From positions 17,300,001 through 17,364,000 of the forward strand of contig OZ249436.1 in the NCBI GenBank assembly GCA_965235115.1: 64,000 nt of DNA, read 5' to 3'. Below the pieces are notes generated by a model. The model was not told the origin of the DNA. It saw nothing but the letters and a program-made list of their open reading frames with translations, and made no database searches. The DNA is from Laetmonice hystrix (lineage: Eukaryota). The translations under genes were made by a program, and so were the position numbers. Position 1 is the stretch's first letter, and each line of letters starts with the position of its first letter. This document shows positions 54,020-64,000 of this stretch, piece after piece.

Positions 54020-54678
54020 GGCCTGTACCCACTATCGCGTTTTACCGCTGCGGTCCCCGGTGCGGGAAATCGCGACGCACAACGCCGAAAATTGGCGGCA
54101 AAAAAACCGTCGCCGCTGCGGCCGACGCACAGGGGGAAAATCCGTTGCAAAAATAGCATTCGACGCGATTAACCGCAACGAGGCGTGGGGCATACCATGG
54201 CATGACATCCATAATTTGGGCCAAAATATACAAGAAAATGGAGGTGGTCAGGAGATATGACTCGCCTACCTGCCTTGAACGACCAGGATGGCAGATTTCA
54301 TTGAGAGATTGATAGTATAGAGGTTGAGAAACACCCCAGCCTCTATGATCAACAAATCCATGGCAGAGTACAAGGATGTTGAAAAGTAAGTGATGGTACT
54401 CTCCATACGTTTCTCTCTACCGCAGTAATTCATGAACAGACCTCATGACTTTGCTTTCTCTTCCTTGTTTTGCTATTAGGTATAGGCTAACGCGAAAATA
54501 TCGGTAAAATTCTGACTCTGAGTTCGACATGTCCCCTCAAGAGGAGTGAATGATGACCGGTATGCGCTTTTCTGCCTCAGTGGGAACACGTTACCTAATC
54601 AGGGCCGCCGCGATTTCCCGTCGCGGGAATTCGCAGCGTTTTTGGCTGAGCGACAAAACGCACTAGTGGGTTCAGGCC
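54020..54678 (+). mobile_element. non-autonomous PIF/Harbinger-like element with MADF/Myb remnant
   Basis: TIR GGCCTGTACCCACTA / TAGTGGGTTCAGGCC between TTAA sites; the internal remnant translates EVEKHPSLYD...EYKDVEK (MADF-like). Confidence 0.7.
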
Positions 54679-55049
54679 TTAAGGGTCGCTCAATATGAAC
54701 GCGAGCAGCCGTAAGATCTTATCAGATGTGCCGGACGATTTTGCTCTGGACGAGCAGTGTGAACCCCTCCTTTATCCAGGTATTAGTTGGCATGATTATC
54801 TTTTAAAATCAACTGAAGCATTGATATTTTAGCAGAGGAGGTCAGATGAAAAAGTATATTAAAAGCTACAAACTTTACTTATTATCAAAAGTAAACTTCT
54901 CATTGTTGAAAGAGAAAACTGACCGATCACTCCCGAGATAGAAAGCCGCCTCCTCCCTACTTTCATGTACCTACATTAGATAGAAACGTGTATAAGCTAA
55001 TCTTATTCTTCTTCATATTTCGGACAAGACCCTCTCGCCGCCAAAAACG

Positions 55050-55300
55050 GTTTCGTACGCTGATGTATATAGATGTATATACAACATTGTTGCAGGATGA
55101 TCTGGATGATATCGTGAACACCTGGAATCACCATCTGATCCGACCAACCCACAACTCGTGCATGCCCAGTGGTCGTCCCAATGTAATGTACCTGGTCCCT
55201 GCACTTTATAGGGCAGCAGGGATTATCTGTGCGAGGTACTGCGCGAGGAGGTGGAAATGTGCAAGCAGCAGTGTCTGTTTCGCAAGCCGGTTCCGTGTGA
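55050..55300 (+). pseudogene. integrase-core-type transposase fragment
   Basis: LLQDDLDDIVNTWNHHLIRP....PSGRPNVMY resembles the WNxHxIR C-terminal motif of eukaryotic IS3-like/rve transposases; no start, frameshifted. Confidence 0.55.
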
Positions 55301-57989
55301 CAATTTAGACTAATAATTCCAGCTCCAGTTTGAGACTTGGGTGCCTTACTATTTGATATTTTCGTAACTTTTTTATTGTTATTGTCTTAATTTTTTTCGA
55401 AAGGGGGTCAGGATTGACCTTGGCACAGAAAATAACTATCGATCTAAGTAATGGGAAAGATACCAAAACACCACATGTTTAAAATTTTTTCAGTATGTTG
55501 CCCTCATTTTCTCACTTGTTGTCATTAGCTATGACTTTTCATAATAAAAGATTTTCCATAATTTCCCCGTTTTCACGTGTTCTGTGAGTTCGAAAAGGTA
55601 TGATGCCATACCTTGAGGTTATCTCTACATTTCTGTAGTACTGAACCATGCAGTACTTTTATAATAGAATATGAAACAAATTGGAAGTTCTAATTGTCTT
55701 CACAGATTTGTGGGCTCTTAAATGTCTTGTAGTGCAAGCGAATGTCTACATATAATTTTACGGTTTTGTCCGTAAAACATATTATGGAATATTTCCGTAA
55801 ATTTTCTAAGTATTACGCTTCATCCCTGTTATAGTTTACGGACAATTTCAGTTGCTTATCCAAAAATAACCCGTAATTTCCACGGTTTTGTAATGATGCC
55901 GTATTTAATTCAGATTCAATTACGTTGTGGTCACTTTGCCACAATGGCATTTAGACTCCCAAAGTAAATCCTAGAACCATTGCGTGCGAACGCTACCTCC
56001 CGCCGGGAATCCAGATTGGTTGTTTAAAAACAAAATATAATCTCTACGTCCGTATCTTGTTCTTTTCACAATAAAAGAAAAATTAACGCGTAATTTTACA
56101 CACTGAATAGCTGTTCGTATTACGTGCGAACGATTTGAAGTCGCTAGAAGTTAATTATGACATTTCGCCTAGACTGTGTTTCAGACAGTCTAGGCAAGCT
56201 TCATTTATGACAGCGCCACCTAGCGCCTGCTTGATTTACGTGTTATTTCTGTAAACAGGTTTTTCTTTAAGGTTCAAAACCGTTAGTTTCCTCTACAGGC
56301 AGTTTCCCTAATTCATATCGAGTTTCTACGGTTCATTCCCGTATTTGAATTTACGGGAACATCCTGTCAGGGTTTACGGTCACGGACCGTAGATTTTACG
56401 GAATATTTTTTAGAGTGTAGCTACCTATTGTACTGAATCAGCCACTTTTATTCTGTGATACTTTGTTCCGATTTAAACCTTGATAAACATTTTCATTTGT
56501 ATTTCGAGATTATTTTTTTCCAGTAGTAGGCTACTTCGGTAGCCGTCTTATTTATTCCTTTTGCCTTTGCTGATCAGCGCTCGGACGGCGCAATTGGTCG
56601 GGCAGGTCGGGCACTCGCCCGACCAATAATTTTGGATTTTTAGGCCAATTTCTCATTATGATGTAAAAGGTATCCAGAAGGCACCATTTTACTCTTAGTT
56701 TTAAAAAATTTCCGGGGGCGTGTGCCCCCAAACCCCCCTATAACAGGGATTCGCGCCGATCGGGATTCGCGTCTGTATCATAACGAATTCACATCCATTT
56801 AAGTTGCCCGACCAATCATCTGATCGTTGTGCCGACCCTCAAACACCACAATCATGAAGTTAGTCTATATCATTAACTCATATCTAACACTTTGGACCGA
56901 CTTACCTTCGTTGAGTGTGATCAATTTAAGAAGACCTCGTCCTAGGATGCGGCCAAACGTCCAAACTCTGTCAATCGAGATGCAATACTGAGTCTTGACG
57001 AGAGAAAAGCATCGCAGTGAGACACCACGGTGACACCGAGCGCGTCGCTTGCCACGTCATGCTGCGTCGTCGTTAAGTTGTTGTCAAGGTAACTCGACAC
57101 GCGCCATAAACGTGCAGCACCGTCACTTCCTGGAGACATCAGTATAATTTCAATGGGCCACATGCCCATTCTTTGTAAGAATGGCCACATAGAGTGGCCT
57201 CCTTCGGTAGAGAGGCAATGCCTGGGCCCCGAGCCAACCAGTCATAAGACACCGGATGGACACGAGAGCGGTCGACTTCTAACTGCTGGAGTTTTGGCCT
57301 AATTCTTTTAGAGCAAACATCGATACGTTAGAACTGTTAGTAGTCTAGTAACTTAAAAAGGCCTGTTCAATGTTGAAATGAAAACAATTTTATATGAAAA
57401 TAGAATTTAATCCCCCATAATTTACCTGTCCTATTCCCGAAGTGTATCTTTCACATTTTGAATAGGACATGCATGCTGAGCTGTTTGAAATTTTATGCGC
57501 TAGGGAATAGGACAGGTCTAGGCCTAAGTGGGGAATATATTAATATGTCGGAAGTACACCTCTATGCCTAGGTCACGGTAGTGATTCAATGGAATAATAT
57601 GTTAAATGCATGGCTGTGGCATAGCGGAGCGTGCAGCGTGTTGTCTAGTACATGATGGCTAATCACAGGGCCTATGATCAGCCTTAATTGCTGGCGAGTT
57701 TCCAATTAATTGACACTTTTTCGACCAATCACAATCGAGAAAATATTAATACCCCGCAAGGGCAAAATGACGCCGCCCAGGTTCCCAATTATTAGTACCT
57801 TCCGGTTGATGTGCACTGGTCCCGCCTGACCCAATGGGATACTGAGTCACTCTCCGCCGCAAGATGTGACTGCTGTTTGGATATAACATCTCTGCCACCA
57901 CTTGATTTAAATATTCATGAGCTGACGGCCTACCAATCTCCCATGATTGGTAGGCCTGGTAAATCTGGGCCCTAGGCAATGACCAATCA

Positions 57990-60496
57990 TGGGCAAACTT
58001 CAACCAAAGAATAAACGACCTACGAACCAGACAAGATACCAACATCAGCTACAACGACCTAGAAAAGACCATCAAAGAGGGCCTCAGCAACGACATTGGA
58101 ACCATAACGATAAGAAATACACAAAAACCCAGAGAAACAAAAGAGATAAAGAAGCTAAGACACGACAAAAGAAAGGCAAGAAGCCAGTACGACAAGGCCA
58201 AACTACTAAACCTTGACATCGACACCATAAAAAATACACACAGGAGTTCGTCAATAGCAGGAAAGCACTAAGGGACGCCCTGAAAACTGATGAGGACATC
58301 AGATCCAGAACAAAGATTGCCAAACTGATAAAAACAGGCTTCAACCCCAAAACCTTCTGGAAAGAAAGGAAAAAACTACTAAAAACAAAATCCAACGAAG
58401 CCGACACCCTAGATGACCGCGGGAACCCAATCCTAGACCCAGAACAAGCCAAAGAACATATAGCCAAATACTTCGAAAACCTCTACCAAGCAAGACCCAG
58501 CAAACCTGAATATGCCCAAGAAAACCAGGACATCACAAAAACCACCCAAACACTCAGAGAAACTACCAACCTTGCCACCCACCAACCGTTCACAGAAGAC
58601 AAACTAAATGCAGTCATAAAGAAACTGAAAAAAACAAAAAGCACCAGGACCAGACAGAATACCCAACACAATCTTCACGGAAGCAAACCAGACTACAAAA
58701 AGAATCTACCTTGACGTCTTCAACCACATAGCAGGTACCAAGAAAATACCGACCCAATGGAAAAAAGGCGAAGTGATCCGGATATATAAGGGAAAAGGAA
58801 CAAAAGGCAAATGCAGCAATGAAAGAGGAATAACACTATCCAGTAACGTGGGTAAGGTCTTCGAACGACTACTTAACAATAGAATCCTAGACGTGATAAC
58901 AATTACTGAAAACCAAGCAGGAGGAAGGAAAGGAACATGCACCTCGGACCACATAATGAAAATCAAGGAAATCATTAACAAAAACAAACTAAACAAGAAA
59001 AACACCTACATAACATTCCTAGACGTAACCAAAGCCTACGATAAAGCATGGCTCGAGGGCATTATGTACACGATGGCCAAGAACGGATGCGAAGGAGCAA
59101 CCTGGAACCTAACCGACAAACTCAACCAAAACCTAACAACAAGAATCCAAACCAGACCCATCCACATCAACAACAGCATCAGACAAGGAGGAGTCCTAGC
59201 AGTAACCCAATATGCAACCCTAATGGACGAAATAAACAAAGATATCCAACAGGCAAAAACAGACCCCATGAACAACATAGACCCAGACTCCGACTGCCTC
59301 CTCTGGGTAGACGATGTGGCGACGATAACGAACAACATTAATGACCAACAAACACTCCTCTCCCTAACCAACCAAACTGCCAGCAAATACAGGATTGAAT
59401 TCAGGAAAGAAAAATCCAAACTCCTAACAATTGGGAAACACCAACCCGACATCGAACTGAAACTCGGAGACATGACAATCGACCACACGGACACCTACAA
59501 ATACCTAGGAGAAACCCTCAACTCTAAAAATAACATAGACGACCACATCAAGGAAATCCTAAGGAAAACCGAAGCGGCCCTACAGACAGCCCTATTCATA
59601 GCAGGCGACGACAACTTCAGAGGAATCCAACTAAAAACCATATGGACCCTACTAGAAACCTGCATCATACCAATAATACTGTATGGATCAGAAACATGGG
59701 ACCCTAACGTAAGCCAAACAAAAAGACTCAACCAAATACTGGACAACATCATCAAAAGACTACTTAACCTCCCACAATCAACACCAAGAGAATGCATCTA
59801 CACGGAACTAAACATCCTGGACATCGAACACAGGATCAAAGCCAAACAAGCCAACTATGCCATCCAAACACAAAACAAAATAGACTCTAACACCGACCCA
59901 ACAAGCAGGAACACCGGAATAAAGCCCTGGATTCAAACAACAATAAACAAGATGCAACAAATGGGACTAAACCCAGAGGACCTAAAAAACCAAAGGAAAA
60001 ACACGAGGAAATCAACAATCAAACAAGCAGTGACTGCAGCAATGAGACTAAACACAGAAAAAAACGGAACAGGGAAAAGCAAATACCAATTCCTAAAAGC
60101 AAATAGGCAAGGTAGCAACCTAGGAAAACCATTCTACCTTAACAACCTAACCAAACAAGAGGCAAGGACCATATTTATGACCAGAACCAGAATGCTAAAG
60201 GTGAAAGCCAACTACAAAAACATGTACCCAAACCAGACATGCAGGGGATGTGGCTCCCAACCCGAAACCCAAACCCATGTCCTGGAGGAATGCACGGCGA
60301 TTCACCTAAACACCCTAAAGACCAACATTGACCAACTATTCTCAAACGACCCAACAACAACAAAGAACACGGCAACCAAACTGCAAACAATAACCGACAC
60401 CATCCACAGATGGGAAACAGCGGAGCCGACCCACCCCAACGGGAACGGCGACCTGGAGAACCAGGATTAACGCACGAAGAAAAGAAAAGAAGAAAG
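57990..60496 (+). mobile_element. 5'-truncated LINE, ORF2 reverse transcriptase (open 58773-60470, frameshifted upstream)
   Basis: RGITLSSNVGKVFE, NQAGGRKG, FLDVTKAYD, IRQGGVL, LWVDD, YKYLG and C-terminal CRGC...HVLEEC; strong A/C strand skew; (GAAAA)-type tail. Confidence 0.92.
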
Positions 60497-61660
60497 ATGA
60501 GACATTGTGCGTGGCTTCAGTCTCTGCCACCACTGCCTTTTTACGCGCTGATTATTCACATATCAAACTCTTTATCCAATTTTCTTAATTACTCCTTATG
60601 GGAATACCTAGCTACCCTATCTAATTAGAGAAAGGTCTAAGGAGTCCAACAAATTTATTTACAATTCAGATATACCCCAAATACGGAAGGAACTATTAAA
60701 GGATAGTGGAATTATTTTTTGCGCGAAGTTATCCATTGTTTACGGGTGTAATAGGGTGTTTACTCGGGTTACCAAAACAAGGGGACTTTCCGACATTTCG
60801 CTACTGTGACACAAGATCCACAAGATCAATGCCTCAAGCTTGCTGTATAGTCGCAAAACATGTTAAACTCGACACCTGTCAAGTCTACATATTATTTACT
60901 GAACGATGGTGGGTGTAATTTGCCAGGACTGCCTCGAATCGACAGCGATCACCGCGCCCCGGGTTTTCTGGGTCATCACGAAAAACATGTGATCAATACA
61001 AAATTCAAGAGCCGTTATTGGATGAAATTCAAGTAGGCCGTCAGCTCATGAATATTTAAATCAAGTGGTGGCAGAGATGTTATATCCAGACAGCAGTGAC
61101 ATCTTGCGGCGGAGAGTGACGGCCTACTTGAATTCCATCCAATAACGGCTCTTGGATTTTGTATTTAACACGTGTTTTTTTGTGATGACCCAGAAAACCC
61201 GGGCCGCGGTGATCGCTTTTGACTCGAAGCAATCCCAACAAATTACACTCACCATCGTTCAGTAAATAATATGGAGACTTGACAGGTGTCGAGTTTAACA
61301 TGTTTTGCGACTATACAGCAAGTTTGAGGCATTGATCTTGTGTCACAGTGGCGAAATGGTAACTGATGGAAACTGATATTGCACTCCGCTTCGCGTCGTG
61401 CAATATCAGTTGCCATCGTGCCATAAATTTTCATATTGCACTAAACCAAGTGCCATATTTGTATGATAGTTCCTTCTGTATTTGGGGTATATCTGAATTG
61501 TAAATAAATTTTGTTGGACTCCTTAGTCCTTTCTCGATTCAGATAGGGTAGCTAGGTAATTAAGAAAGTTGGAGAAAGAGTTTGATATGTGAGAAATCAG
61601 CGCGTAAAAAGGCAGTGGTGGCAGAGACTGAAGCTACGCGCAATGTCTCATGGGAGATTG
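60497..61660. mobile_element. foldback element with ~540 bp inverted arms, left terminus split by the LINE
   Basis: 60497-61043 is the imperfect reverse complement of 61117-61651. The left terminus CAATCTCCCATGA is displaced to 57934-57946. Confidence 0.75.
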
Positions 61661-61895
61661 ATACTGGGTCTGGTATCCGGCAACGTATTGGTTATGACTT
61701 AACCAAACTGTTGGTTAAACAACCAATATAGGCCCAACCAATGAGATTGGTAGCTTTTTCAACCAATAGGTTTTAGAGTGCATATATAGAGGGGTGCGTC
61801 CTTCTGAGACTGCGGCGAATACGGCGGCGGCGAATACAGCGCATACTATTACATTTGCTTGTGACCAATCATAGCACCGGTTACAAGGGGGAACC

Positions 61896-62378
61896 AGCTG
61901 GCGCTACACTAGGCGATTCCATTGCGATGACGTTGCGATGATGTTGAAATTTCACGTTCCCACGGTCGCATCGCATAGTGTAGCAGGCTCCGTCGCCCGT
62001 CGCAAGGCCGTCGCAAACTCGTTGCGACCGTGGGAACGTGAAATCGCAAAGAATGAACATGTTCATTCTTTGCGACGACGGTTGCAGCTGAATCGCACCG
62101 TTTTCCTGCTTACTACAAGTGTAGCCATCGCCGTCGCTCGTCGCAATGACGTGTCCACTGGATCAACCAACCAGAAGTCGCTATACTTGTCATGTGATTA
62201 TTTGTACGCATATTGGTTGAAATGAGGCGGCAAATCAGGTGGGCTATCCCCTGTTCGATCGCCAAGTGTAGCAGCATTACCGATGCAACGAGCGAGAGAC
62301 AAGCGACAGGCATCCCCCCGGTGGCGATGGGTTGTTGCAAGCAAATCGCTTGTTGCGTCGCCTAGTGTAGCACCAGCT
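61896..62378. mobile_element. PIF/Harbinger-type MITE
   Basis: TIR AGCTGGCGCTACACTAGGCGA / TCGCCTAGTGTAGCACCAGCT|TTA; homologous to the 25059 element. Confidence 0.75.
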
Positions 62379-62749
62379 TTAGCGATATCGACGGATAAAC
62401 TGCTCCGAGTCGAAGTATGTGACGGGATCTATATATGTGAAAAGAACCGTCGTCTTCTCCCATGACGTTCCATGACAGTTTTCCCTCCCCAAAAAAGATT
62501 TGAGACTTCCAGTGGATTTAACGAACACCTTTCTGCTGGTGTTCATAATTTGCGACAATGAAAAGGGAATAAAGACACCTTGAACGACATCGTCAGAACA
62601 ACGAAAATTTTATGCAACAGATTCTAGAGGTTTTCGGGGTATCGTAACTTACGACACGTCCTAGAACAAGAACGACTTTTTATGCAACGGCTATTGTCGT
62701 TGTTCATGGAAAATTTTATTTTCGTTGATTATGCAACAGGCCCCTGGCA

Positions 62750-63560
62750 GCTGGGGGTTGATTATGTTATCAACCCACTTCAGCACTAGTGATTCAAAAA
62801 CCTTAGCAACGATTGGCGTCATAGATATTGGTCTTAGGCCTAAGTCTTTTTAAACTGCATTCAGGTGGGTGCTTCTTAGGAATCGGAATAATCGTTGCTG
62901 ATTTCCATAACCTAGGTAGAATACCTTCCCAGGCTTAGAGAGCTGCTAAAGATTGCAGTAATTGGTGCAGCCAGCTGTTGGGAAAACTCCTTTAGAATCC
63001 ATGGTGGGGTATTATCAGGACCCATGGCTTTATTCACTTTTATCTTACTGAGAGCGGCCTGTACACTAATGGTGAATTCAGCTGGCACCTCAAATATGGG
63101 ATGAGTCGGTTGTAGTCTTGGTAGGTCATCACTGACCGACGCGAAAAATTCATAAATAGTGTTAGCCAGACAGACCATATCGCCATCGGTGTAGTTATTG
63201 GCCAAGCCCTTCATTACATTACTCCCATTTGTCGACATGGCCATGAGAAATTTCATGTGTTTCACGTGACGATGAATCCTCGGGAGATGCTATCTTCGAC
63301 TGATAGAAATCATGCCTAGTCTGGGTGCAGCCGCGGTTCACCATATTCCGCAATTTCCGGAACTGCCTTAGGTGACATGAGAGCCCGTTGTATTCGTCTC
63401 ACCAGGTTGCGGAAGTTATCCGTAATCCACGTGGGTTATCTGCAGTATGCAGATTTATACGGGAAGCATTCATTAATTAGTTGATCAATGGTTTCATGGA
63501 AAAACTGGAACTGCTCCTCACAGGTGTGCAAATATACTTCCACCTGGTGTGTGACAGCGA
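62750..63560 (-). pseudogene. decayed CR1/L2-type LINE ORF2 fragment
   Basis: FFASVS..., KAMGPDNTPPWILKEFSQQLAAPITAIF, then in shifted frames WKSATIIPIPKK and LRPISMTPIVAKVFE; multiple stops and frameshifts. Confidence 0.8.
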
Positions 63561-64000
63561 TGCCGCAAACATAGTGCGCTCCAGGTATCCACAAACTTCC
63601 AGAGTTAATAGGATCTTGTTGGTGTTTTCAAGCTCAGTTTTCAAGCTATCTTAATGGAGGGAAGGTTTAGCAGGCCAAAGAATACTGATGCCCAGATGCA
63701 TTACGTCATATGACGTAATTTGGGCATTTTATGACGTAATATGGACGTTTTCAGGTGAAATTTGAAAGGCTTTTCTCAATGTTCTGAGAAGATAGACAAA
63801 AAGCACTAATGACATTTGATTTGCATTAAGGCTCCTAAGACTTTTCTACATGAAGTTGACCTCTGACCCTTTCCCTTAGTCCAAATTAGGTCAAAGGTAG
63901 CAAAACGCTCAAAACCCTACTTCTCGCTCAATCTTTTCTGAAATCTCGCCAATTTAAGTGGTTCACAATGACAATCTCCTCAAAGGAAGTTATATGACGT

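Overview
This is eukaryotic genomic DNA from a repeat-rich invertebrate animal, with GT-AG introns and no prokaryotic features. I reconstructed three spliced genes by hand. (1) A tektin-3/5 gene on the minus strand, with five coding exons visible; it runs off the left edge. (2) NUBP1/Nbp35, the cytosolic Fe-S scaffold P-loop NTPase, on the plus strand: 11 exons, 329 aa, head-to-head with the tektin. (3) A 10-coding-exon, about 682 aa, minus-strand gene with TM-NIT(nitrate/nitrite-sensing)-TM-coiled coil-guanylyl cyclase architecture. Its cyclase domain keeps the metal-binding Asp residues but lacks the catalytic Arg and the KGKG motif. Many introns carry their own minisatellite. The rest is mostly mobile DNA: a four-level nested insertion with intact target-site duplications (25.0-27.8 kb), a 12.8 kb self-nested cluster of five Helentron/HINE-like elements (40.6-53.5 kb), Harbinger and Tc1-like MITEs, a 5'-truncated LINE inside a foldback element, and a decayed CR1/L2-like RT. 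All calls come from manual translation and motif recognition; no database search was run.
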